NCBI RefSeq assembly: GCF_009914755.1
Contig: NC_060926.1
DNA from: the human T2T-CHM13v2.0 reference genome, Homo sapiens
DNA: 64,000 nt
Direction: 5' to 3' (one strand)
Under the pieces are notes generated by a model. That model searched no databases. It was not told the origin of the DNA and was given only the letters and a program-made list of their open reading frames with translations. Both the position numbers and the translations under genes were made by a program. Shown here one piece after another: positions 26,078-38,600 of the stretch; within the stretch, counting starts at the first letter, position 1, and every line of letters begins with the position of its first letter.

Positions 26078-29000
26078 TGTATTATGTGTATCTTAATACA
26101 TTATTGTAGGTATTATTATTAACAATAAGAGTGTGTAAGGGCCAACCAGACACTGTGATTGACCTGGCACCTGGTTCCACTGGGATGGGTCTGGAATGCC
26201 CATGGGGCTGACCTGGTGCTTGTCACCTGGTGCTGGAAGCCATTGGGCTAGGCCTGGATGCTGAGTGTATAAGGAATGGCATAGAGTCTGGGTATGGAGG
26301 AGTGGTCCTGGAACCTGAGTACATGAAGATCAGCTTGACACCAGGGTCTTAGAATGGGCATGTACTCAGGGTCTACTAGAGTAGACCTGAACCCTGGGTC
26401 TATGGGAACCTGGGGCCATGGGGACCAGCCTGGAGCCAGGGGCCAGCTTGAGATTGGGGCAGGTGTAAAGCTTAGGCCTGTGGGGTCCAGTTTAGAGCCT
26501 AGGATTGTGGGTAATGGCATGGTGTCTACAGCCATAGGGGATGACTTGATGCCTGGGGCCATGAGAATAGGCCTGAACCATGGATCTATCAGGGCCTTTT
26601 TGGAGGCTGGGCAGGCAGGTGCTGGCCTAGAGGCTAGGTCTGGGAGGAGTGGCTTGGGTCCTATGGCCATAGGGGCTGTTCCATAACTTATTTCCATGGG
26701 GACTACCCTAGAACTGGGGTCTGCTAGAATGGGCCTGGACCATGGATCTGCTGCAGTATAAGGCTGCAGGGGCCAGCCTGGAGAGTGGGGCTGCAGATAG
26801 TTACCATGCACTGAGCAGGCCTAGGGCTTGTGTTCACAGGTAAAGCCTTATTGTGTTAGGGTAAGAGTGTCAGCCTAAAGTTGGGGCAAGCCTGAAGCCT
26901 GAGGTTGTGTGGCTAACCTGATTCTGGGGTGGTCTGGAATCTGGGACTGGCTTCAAACCTGGGGATAAGGGGCCTTCCTGGAGGCTGAGTCTATGGGTAT
27001 TATCCATATGACTGGGACTGCTGGCAAAGTGCTGAATTTGGCCTGAAACCTGAGGTCTTGGCGGCTAGTCCAGTGCTGGCAAAATAATTATTATTGAAAT
27101 GCAATTTAGACTGTATTCTGTGAAAATATATCCATTGTTAAAATATATTATATTTATGAAAGAACTTTTAAATATATAATAAGCAATCCTCATCCTTGTG
27201 TTTTTACCACTAAAAAGTGGAACTTTAAATAGATGCTAGAAAATGTCCAAGAAACATATATAAAATATAATAAGCATGTAAAATTACAGACATATTGAAA
27301 TGTTTACATTTAATAATTCCAATTTTTATGACCCTAGCAATCAAGTAGAAGATGTGATTATGACTACCAAGAGTTTATAAAATGAACAAGCACAAGCAAA
27401 CAAAAATCTAGAAACTCTTAATGTAAAGGTCAGCAGGACAATTTTAGTGAAATCAAAAGTAAACACAACTTTACTTACACGAGAATTTTTTAATTGCTAG
27501 GAGAAATAACCTAGAGATATCTCATAGACACATTTCTTAGGCTCAAACAGAAGATAGTGCAAACTATAGGGAAATTAAGAGGTCTAAAGTTCAAATAATG
27601 TTTCATTTGCTCACTCCTCTATTAGCATTCTGACTCATGAAAAATTTAGTAACCAGAAGTAGTGAGTCATTCTATTGCTGTAGGAGTGGATGCTATCCTC
27701 TTCTCTATTAGTTGTGTACATTGAAACTCAAAAACTAATTAAAATTTGTTTAAAGTATACAATGTAGCATTCCAAGTGAAGATAAATATAACTTGACACT
27801 AATTATTATAATAATTGGTGTTAGAGACAATTATCACATGAAAATATGGCATTAAGTATTGTTAAATAAATCTTTAATTAATTGGAGTTAATCTGATCAA
27901 TTTTATTTAATTTTACTCAAGGAGTTTCTAAAGTTTGAAAGCAAAGAAATAGAAAGCAAAGATTTCAGAATTATTTAGGGGGCAGTAAGTCATGTATACA
28001 ATTTATTCTAAAATTCGATCACTATTATTTTCATAACGGCTATCTTGCTTCTGCATTTCTCAGTCTATAATATGTTTATCGTAGTTTTATGTTTTCATTT
28101 ATCTCACTCTTATGGCAAGTTTCTAAGTGTCTTTCCTTTACAATCCAGTCTCATCCTTGTGATTTGAGTCATAAATTATACCTACATTTTCACGTGACCC
28201 TTTTTAAACTTGAAAGCTAGAAGTCTGCTTTAGTTTTTATTTGTCTCTGAGTCTCCAAACTCCACTGTTAACAAAATCTCAGTCCATCTATGCATTGTCT
28301 CTAAAACCAAAAGCTTTCCTTTTATTTCCACTCTCCTACAGTCCTTTTAACTCTTGCTTAAACGTCTAAAATGGCATGCCATGTAGCATGCTTGCTTTTA
28401 GTTTCCATCATTGTATGCAGCGAAGGTGACCAATCTTCGTTTGATCAGTTCTGTTAATATTATTATCTACTAACCAAGCTCCGGTTTCCAGATCTTCCTT
28501 TATACAATCATTGGTATAAATTTAGCATTACCTGCAATCTCATAAAAACTCACTTTGCCAAATGTTTTTCTTCCTATATCCTGTACACATAGTCTGTATT
28601 TCAAATACTCATAATTTCTTGAATTTACCTTGAACTTTTCTATAACCATGCCCAAGCTGTTTTCTCCATATGAAGTTGTCCTTATTGGGATTCCATAGCT
28701 TGTAGTTATGGATTAAATATTAACTCAGTCATGATGTCTTTCAAAATCTTATATCAGAATCAAGCTCTCTTACCATACAATGGTTACTTATTTGTACCAC
28801 ATACATAAAGTATTTATAAGATATCTGCTTCTCCATTCTATCATGAATAACTTGAAGACAAAAGGTCTTTTGCTCATTGTTCTTTGAACTGCTATTTTTT
28901 TCTGGTTTGGTAAAGTGCGCCTAAAATGTATTAAATAAATCAGCATTGGATGAGTTAACATTAACATTAATTAGCACCAGTAATTCAATACTGATGTCAC

Positions 29001-30639
29001 CAACTCAAAATAGATAATAAATAATTTTCTATTAACTTTTATCAAAGTTTATTTTTCATAAACTATTACTAAGCCTATTAATTATAATATTAATATTTTC
29101 AAAGTCTTCTATTTCTCTTTTTCTAAAAATTATTAGTTGTTTTCTTTTAAGAAAATACTAAACATGGATTGTAAAAAAATAGAAAATACATATTGGTAAA
29201 AGAAAAAGGCCTAATTTCTATTATTTTACCATTACTAATTAATTACAATTTGTACTTTTGCACTTTTAAAAAGACTCTCTAGGCTTTTCATTGTATATGT
29301 ACACATGTATTAAAAAATAGTTTAGCCTATATTCATATTTTAATCTATTGTAGTGGCTACTTTGTATTCTCTAAAAAATTATTAAAATTTTTAAAACTAA
29401 GTTTCTCCATTTGGGCATTAAACTGATTTGCATTGTTAAAAATCTTATTATAATTTGGGTAGCAATGGATATTATAGTACATATTGAGAAAGTTTTGAAA
29501 ATAAAAGTGCATATTCACTCTAAATAAAATAATAATGAATAAAATTACAAACTTATTCTTGAAGTCAATTACAGTTTTTTTAATGGTGACTTCCTAGAGT
29601 TTGAATTACTGTATCGGATTATAAATATTTTTAAATTCATCAAATACCCCTGACATCTTTAGATGATCAAATTGATTATTTTATATATATATATATTTGT
29701 CTATAAAGCCAACATAAATTTTCAATCAGATTAGAATGACTCATTTTTAAAGAATATTGGTTGATTTACCTTATAACTTGTTCATTTTTTTATATAAGAA
29801 CATGAGCCAGGAAGTCATCTGCCTTCTTACAAACAAGGATAGAAAATAAAATGTCAATTTTGTGAATATGAGTACTAAGCTGTTGCCTAAAGGACAATTG
29901 AATTATTATCAGTAATTATTTTTAGATAGTGTGAAATTCATAGATTATCCTTCGACCTAATGAACTTAAAATTTTAACCTGAACAAATTAAGTTGAGTTA
30001 GTGATAGGAATATCTTTGGGGATGCATTCAAATTGGATATAAACATATCAATTTTAATTTCTCATCACATTAGCACTGACTAAACTCTAAAATTTACTCA
30101 TATCTTGTTGTAATGGACAGTAAAACCAAACTTGGCATCCTAGGCTATAGCTTTACTTAATCAGAGAAATCAAACATGACTCTCTGACTTGACTAAACAT
30201 AGTTGACACAATTATATTAAGTACACATATCACTTCTGAAGACATATTACAGTAAATCTTTTATTATTCTTCCGATGTCAAAATAGTACCACATTATCTG
30301 CTACAAATTCAGTAACATAAAGATTAATTTGTTATTTATTCTATATATTTTACATGAAGCATTTAGAAAATATTACATTTTCTCTATGTGTCTCTCTTTA
30401 AATTTTCTGGCGTAACCTATAAATCTATTTAGAGAAGCTTTCTCTTATCCTCAGCATATATTTCACAATACAATACACTTAATTATCTTTCTACCAAAAT
30501 TTAGAATGAGCATAATCAAATGAACTTACAGATCATCTGTTGGTTACTCAGCTACTTGAATATTGTATATAATATTAAGATTTTAAATTGAACTAAAGTT
30601 TTCTTGTAATACAGGAAAGAATAAAAATATGCATTATAA

Positions 30640-30848
30640 ATTTGATTCATACAATCTGAAACTGCAATACACTAAAAGAAAACATAGAGGGATAGCTCTA
30701 TGACATCGGTCTGGGCAAAAATAAAATGTTTAATATGACCTCAAAAGCACAAGCAACAAAAGCAAAAATAGATAAATTGGATTATTCAAACTAAAATGCT
30801 GTGCACAGCAAAGGAAATAATCAGCAGAATGAAGAGACAACTGTACAA
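30640..30848 (+). mobile_element. L1MA ORF2 fragment
   Basis: 'ctctatgacatcggtctgggcaa...atatgacctcaaaagcacaagcaacaaaagcaaaaataga...gcacagcaaaggaaa'. Confidence 0.85.
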
Positions 30849-31114
30849 ATCTATTACTTTAAAAATGATTTTGATAAATTTTTATAGATAATATATTTGA
30901 GATGACAATTATAAAAATCAAATATTATTTGGTATTCAAAATGTTGAGACATATACATGTAATATTAATCTTCTGATCTTCGCAAGTTCATCCCTTTGGA
31001 ATATGAGTTCTAAATTTTAAATAAGGAACAAAACCAGCTAGAATAATAGTGACCTTAGCTTACATTCCAGATTGTTATATTTTGCCCATGGTTTTGTTCT
31101 CTAATACACTGAAA

Positions 31115-31290
31115 TTTATTCATCCATTCATTCATTTATTGCACTGTATTGACAGATTAATATGACCCTGGCTTTTTTCAAGTACTGGGGTTACAACCAT
31201 GGACTAAACAAAAAGATAATCTTTGCTACCATGGAATTATATTGCACAGTGATAATATGATAAATCATAGTAAGAAAGAATAAATAAATA
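31115..31290 (-). mobile_element. L2 3' end
   Basis: 'attcatccattcattcatttatt...gtactggggttacaac'. Confidence 0.6.
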
Positions 31291-31444
31291 AAACTCAATT
31301 ACACTGTGAGCCACACAAGAAAAGCAAAAATTAAGCTGGACCTCAATTAGTTAAAGGTTTTCTGCTAATAAATGGCAGAAACATTAATGACAAGAATAAT
31401 AAGGAAATTTGTTGGATCATTTGCTTGTTTTTCTCACACTTTCT

Positions 31445-31900
31445 AGATATCACTCTAAATAAGAAGGAAGCTGTTCTCTGCAGATTACATCTGAGATCAG
31501 CAAAAAGAATGCATTGGTTGGACATTGGCAGGTGGAGAGGTGGATGAAAGGAAAATCAAGAGTATTAATTCTGTCTTTCATCTCTCTGGCATCTACAGCA
31601 GCGACTCTATCTTCTATGTTTCTGGATTCCAACTGAAAACATTTTCCTACACAGTTCCAACCTCTTATTTGGATATAGTCCTAGGCCTAAAAGGTCCAGT
31701 TTTCTTTGGTTAGGTTCCATCTCTACTCCCATTGACTCTGCAGCCCTGTAATTGGCAGCTGTCTCCTTGTTGCTAATATAGGGGCATCCTAACCATTTTC
31801 TATGTGTCTTGCCACCTCTTTCATCCCGCACTACCAATTTATTTTACTGATACTCTTATTTTAAAATACCTAGGGTAGTTTACATTTTTTCCATTTAGAT
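31445..31900 (+). mobile_element. ERVL LTR, LTR33-like
   Basis: 'cagccctgtaattggcagctgtctccttgttgctaat', 'aaatacctagggtagttt'. Confidence 0.6.
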
Positions 31901-32879
31901 TTATATTAGTTAAAAAATCGATCTCTACAAAAACCTAGAGAGTAAAAGTGATTATTAACTTTGCCCAAAATTATCATAAGAAGTTAATAATTGTTAATAG
32001 TTATATACTTTTAAGACTTTCAGAAGTCTAATTGTCTCATAGTATGCATAAAGATATTTCCACTCATTTTCACAAGAAAACTGATGCCAAAATCTATCTA
32101 TAGAAAACAAATCTTAAGCAATGCTTGTGTTAGAGAATCAATATCTTGCTTTACTTTGTTTTAAAAGTGTAAGAACAATTTTTAATTTCTTTTGAAATGT
32201 ATTTGATTATATATTTTTTAAAAAGTACCGGGCTTGACCCCGCAGCATACTACCTGCATTAAAACCATCTTTTGTAAATGAGTTAGTAAAATTGTCATCA
32301 AATGTGATCATATGGTAAAAATCCCAAACATCCCCCTCAGAGACACAATTTTATAATTTTAAAAGTATAATGAAAAACTTAACATAAAGCATGAAAACAT
32401 TATACATTGAAAGATTCAAATTATAATTATGTAGGTTTTCTATGGTACAAATCCTGTCTGGATCCTGGTAGTTTTTATGTATATACTTTCAGCATCTGGA
32501 ATATCATTTTCTCTTTGTTACAAAAAGCACAAAGGAATAGATAAGTGGGGTAGTAGATAAGTAACTACAAAATAAATGGAATTATAGGTATTCTATTATA
32601 GTAAAACATTGGTGTGAGTACTCTTTATTTCATTTAGTTTTCCCAACTACTTTTTCCTTTTTAGAACTAACCTGATTTTCTATTTTAACATTGATTTTAA
32701 CAGTATATTTTTAGTAATTATCTGAAATTTGAAATATCAAATCAATGAGAATATTGAAATATGAAAATAAATGTTATATTCAACAAAGTATGATGAGAAA
32801 TAAAATAAATTAATCTGGATAAATAATCTTTTTAATTAAGTGATGAATCACTTACTTTTTAAAGAAAGTTATAACATTC

Positions 32880-33161
32880 AAAATTTGGTGGGAATTTGAT
32901 TGGAAGGAATGTAGAATGAAGAGTATTTTGGCAATATCTAGAAAATTGCAGTGACTTTTTTACTTTAGTAAACTCACTTCTAAAAATCAATTCCAAGAAT
33001 ATCTTGTTAAAATATCATCGGCTACTTAATTGCAGTGCTATTAGTAATAACAGAAGAAGGAAAGGAAATGTTCACCGCAAAAAGACAATGGCACATTCCC
33101 ATGAACAAGTACTATAGTGCTGTAAAAATAAATGAAAAATATTTCTATATATTACCGTGGC
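32880..33161 (+). mobile_element. Old L1 (L1ME/MC-like) 3' fragment
   Basis: 'ttggtgggaat...ttttggcaatatcta...gcagtgctattagtaata...tactatagtgctgtaaaaataaatga'. Confidence 0.55.
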
Positions 33162-33166
33162 AGTGA

Positions 33167-33545
33167 TGATATGGTTAGACTTTTTGTCTCTACTCAAATC
33201 TCATCTTGAGTTGTAATCCCCGTAATCCCCACACATCAAGGGAGAGTCCAGGTGGAAATAAGTGAATCATGGGGACAGTTTCCCCCATGCTGTTCTCGTG
33301 ATAGTGAATGGGCTCTCAAGAGATCTGACGGTGTTATAAGGGGCTCTTACCCCTTTGCTGGGCACTTCTCCTTCCTGCCACCTTGTGAAGGAGGTGCCTT
33401 CCTTCCCCTTCGCCTTCCACCATGATTGTAAGTTTCCTGAGGACTTTACAGCCATGTGGAACTGTGAGTCAATTAAACCTCTCTCTTTTATGAATTACCC
33501 AGTCTCAGGGAATTCTTTATTGCAGTATAAAAATAGACTAATAGA
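33167..33545 (+). mobile_element. THE1D-like MaLR solo LTR
   Basis: Starts tgatatggtt, has 'ccaggtggaaataagtgaatcatgggg' and 'gaactgtgagtcaattaaacctc', ends ctaataga; perfect 5-bp TSD agtga at 33162-33166 and 33546-33550. Confidence 0.93.
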
Positions 33546-33559
33546 AGTGATATTTAATT

Positions 33560-33739
33560 CTGATTTTGATCACCCCCAGAGACCTGTCAGGGGGACTTTT
33601 AATTGTCACAACTAGCGAGTCCTACTGACATCTGGATTACAGAAGGCAGGAATATTGTTAATCTTCCTATAATATACAGAACAGCCCCCTAACAAAACAA
33701 AGAGTTATCCAGTTCAGAATGTCAAATTTGAGAAACCCT
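33560..33739 (+). mobile_element. MER20 hAT-Charlie DNA transposon
   Basis: 'ttgtcacaact...ctactgacatctgg...acagaacagccccc...aaagagttatccag...aatgtca...ttgagaaaccct'. Confidence 0.85.
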
Positions 33740-33751
33740 TTACTAGGGTAA

Positions 33752-34377
33752 TGAAGGATTTCAGGAGATCCACCTTAAACTATGCTGCTTGGGCATATTT
33801 ATTTTGTCTAACCATATCATCACTGTCACAGTAATATGTAGAAATATTTTTCATTTATTTTTACAGCACCATAGTTCTTGTTCATTGGAATGTACCATTG
33901 TCTTTTGTTGGTGAACATTTGCTTTCCTTCTTCTGTTATTACTAATAGCACTGCAATTAAATACCTGATGATATTTTAACATTAGGTACCAGAAGGGCAC
34001 TCTGATCTCCTGTTTTCATCCTAAATGCAAATCATGAAATTCCAATGTAAAAAATGTCCTCCCTATAAAAGAAAAAAAGAAATGTTCTTATCACCAGAGA
34101 TGAGTCAAGGTGGAAAGAAATCTGTACAAACCTTGTCAAACTAACCCTTATCTTCCTAATTATGTTTCTACAATTGCCATTTTATTCAATTTGGTATATA
34201 AGCAGTTAGTCTTAGCCACTTCTTGGGTTTACATATTCCTGTGAAGACTCCCATGTACATATAACATTTTATTAAATAAAATCTGCATGTTTTTCTCCTG
34301 TTAATCTGTCTTATGTTAAATTCTTAGACCAACCAAAAAACTTATGAAGATAGAGGAATAATTTTTTCTCCTCTACC
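33752..34377 (+). mobile_element. MER34-family ERV1 LTR, split by the inverted duplication at 33806-33981
   Basis: 5' end 'tgaaggatttcagga...aaactatgctgcttgggcatattt'; resumes 'agaagggcactctgatctcc...aaatctgtacaaaccttg...ttttctcctgttaatctgtctt...ttttctcctctac'. Confidence 0.75.
33806..33981 (-). repeat. Inverted duplicate of 33005-33180 (176 bp, about 92% identity)
   Basis: Manual reverse-complement alignment: about 14 mismatches, no length difference. Confidence 0.95.
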
Positions 34378-34430
34378 TACATTTTCAACAATAGGTTAAA
34401 ACTTTTAAAGTAAAAACATCAAGGTGGAGA

Positions 34431-34460
34431 ATATTGTGCATAGGATACTATGCACAATAT
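34431..34460. repeat. Perfect 13-bp inverted repeat with 4-nt loop
   Basis: atattgtgcatag-gata-ctatgcacaatat. Confidence 0.95.
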
Positions 34461-35398
34461 ATTCACATATAGACACTATTAACTTTTTAAATGAAACATA
34501 ATTAATACATTTTAAAAATTACAAAGCTTGGATTGGAGGAATAAATAGAAGGAAATACAGATAAAAGCTAAAATCCCCTGAATAGTCTGTATGGTTTAAG
34601 TTAAAAACAAAAACTCATAAAATTAAAGTAAAAATTCAAAATCAAATGGTTGTATAATATGGTTAATATTGCTTATCAGAAATAATTTAATTACAAATAA
34701 TGTGTAGGATAGATTGGGAGAAAGTGGAGAAACCACTGGGTACCATGATCAAGGAGATGGCACCGTTTTGTGTTCTTATTGCCTTTACAAAGATTGAACC
34801 CAAACGAAGGAGTTAAAAAGACAAAGATTAGTGCTACAATGGAGAATGGGGACACTTGAAAGACCTAAGATTTAGAGAATTAAGGAGGAAATAGAATAAA
34901 GAAAGATGGTAATTTTGGAAAGAAATAAAAGGAAGCATACTTCTTTTTGGTGTTAGAGGCACAAAATGAATGAAGATGCAGGGGTATTTTTGAGGTGGAG
35001 AGCCTGAGATTGAGTAATTATCCTTGTAAAACAAATTTGATTTTTAAAGATTATTTACTGAATGTGAGAATCCTGGGCTTACATTGTGAATTTAAGGAAT
35101 GTACAATGTATGGAAACTGTGGATTCAGAAATACTTTCAAAGTCATTTGGAGCAAGAAGTAAAAAAAGAAATCCCATGTTGTGAATAATTGTTGAATAAA
35201 CCATAAGGAAATCTGAACAGTTTAACTACATGTATCTCTGCCAGTCAATGTAGAATATCTTCTTCAACTGCATAAAGGAAAAAAAAAAGTAAGAAGACAT
35301 TACATTGCCTTATTTTCTGCAGTATTCCCTCTAATTATATTTTGAAGTATCAACCCCCTTTCTTTAGATACATTTTCTTTTAAAAAATTAATTAATCA

Positions 35399-35624
35399 TT
35401 TTTAATTGGCAGATAATATTTTATGCATTTACCAAAACATGATGTTTGAAGTATATATATACATTGCAGAATGACTAATCTAGCTAATTAGCATATGCAT
35501 TACATAGTTATCATTTTTGTAGTGAGAGATTTTACATCTACTATCATTGCAGATTTAGGAATGTAATATATTGTTAACTATTGTCACCATATTGTACAGT
35601 AGATCTCTAGAATGCATTTCTCCT
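35399..35624 (-). mobile_element. L1MA8/9-like 3' end fragment
   Basis: 'ctagctaattagcatatgcattac...ttgttaactattgtcaccatattgtacagtagatctct'. Confidence 0.85.
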
Positions 35625-38600
35625 TAAAAATATATATATTCTTTTCAATATATAATAGAGTTTATTCAATATATATTTACATGGAACAAAAATCCATGAT
35701 TATATATGCATATTAAATATGTATTACAATTCATAACATTTATTATGTAATGGTTTCCATTACATATTTTTACAATTACATGAAAATCATGAAATAATGT
35801 ATACTTACAAGGGAAAAAAATGAATATGTGTTGTAGCATTTAGACAGATATTTCTCATAAATAGCAGAGTTACGATAATTCAAAAAGCTCCTCTCCCCTT
35901 TTTTTCTAAGGTACAAATTAACAGAAATAATTAAATACTTGAACTTTTTCCAGAAAGTTGTTTTACCGAAGATAAATGTTGAATTCAAACTTAAGAAGTA
36001 ATTTGTTATTATTGTTGTTGTTCTTGTTCATAATAGTCTGATGATGATTCTTGCAGAAAAATGCAGAATTGAAAGTTGTAATTTAGCCACTAAATCACTA
36101 GATGGTATACAGTTCCTTTAAGGAAATATGCATCAGGAAATATGTGTAACAATGACTTTGTTGTCCAGTAGTTTCGTCAACTCTATTTATTTAATTATAT
36201 TCATTTTTGCCAAAATTTATGTGTTACTACTACAGAATACTTTTTTATAAAGATTCTAAAAACTTCTTTCTACTGATATATAATAAAACAATGATTATCC
36301 AGATATTTAAAGATTAAAAATATATTAATTTTTCAATGCATAGTCTATTACCAGGTCTTTCTTGGAATGTAATGAATAACAATTATAATTTTAAAGATAT
36401 TTGTAAAAGTATAAAGTTTATATTTACCAGTTCTTCAAATACCACAGAATATTAGTAGATTAATAGTAAAAACTGATGTTTAACCTAGTAATATTATATT
36501 TTCAATAACAGTCAATCTCTAGGCTAAATACTTTCAAATTATATTAAAAGTCCTAGACTATTCAAAACTTATTTACTAAACTGCATTCATTAATATTTTA
36601 AGCCTAATAAGATACTAGGGAAACCGGACAATCAGTAATGTCTGGGACTATTGAAAATCAAAAAGACACTTAATTGCTTAACTGATCATTGTTAAATTTT
36701 TGAAATATATTTCAAATTATAAACAATAAATTATCTTGACTACATTTTTAAGCAAGTTTCAAAAATCTTTTTGTAGATGGATGTAGATAATGCTATTCTT
36801 CTTTAATACCTACAGTGCAGATGTCTGTCATTGTCATAGATTTTTTTACTTTAAATTTGTAGAAAATGCCTTCCACATGCAGAAAAAAATGATTTATGGT
36901 TTAATATAGAAAGAAAACATGTTACAATTTAAATGTCTAATACTGACTTGGAAGTGAATTAATTTTAAAACACAACCTGAAGTTGGTTTTAAGAATTAAA
37001 ATAGATATTGTTTTTATTTGCTTCTTATTAATTAACAAAACTGTATGGACTTCTGATTGCAGCCAAGATAGAGTGGCCTGATTTCTCTCTGTTCCTCAAC
37101 ATTATAACTAAAAAAAGGATAAATGCATTGGGCATAACACAACAAGGAAGCATAGAATGACCCTAATGAGTAGAAAAAAATATTAGGCAATCTAGGGGCC
37201 TTGTAATTTGAAGAATGACACCAGATTGAGTGCCCTTGATTTACTATTGATTTCCATATATACTTAACAAGAGTCCTGTAAAAGTTTATAACCTAGGTCA
37301 TCCAAAGGTATATACATAAAGAGATGCAAGAAAAAACCTGTTTCTATTAGCCAAAGGGCTGAGAAAAGGGTATCCTAACACCAAGACTTTTTGGCTGTAT
37401 GCATTCTACTTCAGCCAAATAACTTCCTCCCACTCTGTTGTTTAAATGAGACTAAATAAAGGAGAGATCTTTTTGCACAAACCAATGGCAAAGGAAAGCA
37501 TAGGTACTTGCTCCTATTCCCTCATTATGTGGTCCCGGTAGGGCCACACAGAGAGCTACTCTGCCATTTTCTGCCTGTCTGGCAGGGACAGAAAGCACTC
37601 TAATCCCTCTGTTAAGCATTGGTAGAGCTGGAAACACAGCAGATCTTCCAATTCTTGCCTGTCAGAAGCAGGCAGTTTCTTTCTACCCTCATCAGGATAG
37701 TGTCAGTGGGATCCAGTGAAAAGTTGAGCCTCTGCCCCCTCCTATTAGAAACAAGATTTAATAACCCAGGATGATGTAGAAGTAGGTGCCACTGTACTTC
37801 ACCACTTCCCTCCTGGTGCCAGGGGGCCAACTGAAAAGCTGAACTTCCACCTTCATTTGGGATCGGTGAGAAATAAAGTAGTAGGAGGTGGGGATTTTTG
37901 GAACTGCAATTAATTTTTTTCCTTCCTCTCATGTGAGAGGAGCTCAGTAGGACCCAGTGGAGAGCTGAGCTGCTATGCAGACCTCATAGCAATAAAGCAA
38001 TGTGAGTTTTTTCTCTGCTTAACCCTCCCTAGAGCATGCAGAACATAGAAGGGAGATGACCTTATACCCTTCACATGGAACAAACAAGGCTGTGTGTGCA
38101 CTGTTTTTATTGTTTTGAAGTTATCAGAAGGAGAGAGAGAAGTAAATGTTCACCCTACCTATTGCAAAAGGCCGTATCATTCAGAACTTTACTTTTGCTG
38201 GGAAAGTATCAGTGGGCTCTAGGGGAAGCTGAACCTGTATACAAATTTAGACATCCCACCACACCTCCAAAGGAGAACTGCCAGCTAAAAAGAAGATTAA
38301 ATAGAATCCAGAGTCTTATCTAATATTCAAATAGCCCAGGACACAATCATAAATTACTTATTATAAGAGAAATAGAGAAGTCACAACAGCAATGAGAAAA
38401 AAATAATAAATTGACAACAGCTATGTGGAATCAGGCTGAAATAAGCTAACAAGGATTTTTCATCTACCACCATAAAATGCTTTACCAAGTAGTAATAAAT
38501 TCTCTTGGAACAAATTTTAAAAATAAAAGAAAGTCTCAACAAAATAATATGTTATAAAAAAGACTCGTGGAAAATAGAGAACTAAAAAATACAATAAATA

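Larger units (their letters stand above)
22165..27085 (-). mobile_element. L1MA (L1MA7-9-like): 3' UTR, ORF2 remnants with large deletions, probable GC-rich 5' UTR; interrupted by an Alu
   Basis: 3' end 'taattaatatatgcattacctcacata...aaacctactctctt'; track ORFs 23802-24315 give L1 ORF2 peptides (KLSLFADDMILY, LMKEIEDDTNKWKD); repetitive GC-rich block 26120-27085. Confidence 0.85.

Noticed and set aside
22165-35624. Similarity between 22170-22400 and 35399-35624
   Set aside because: Both are L1MA 3' ends and too diverged for a local duplication; independent insertions
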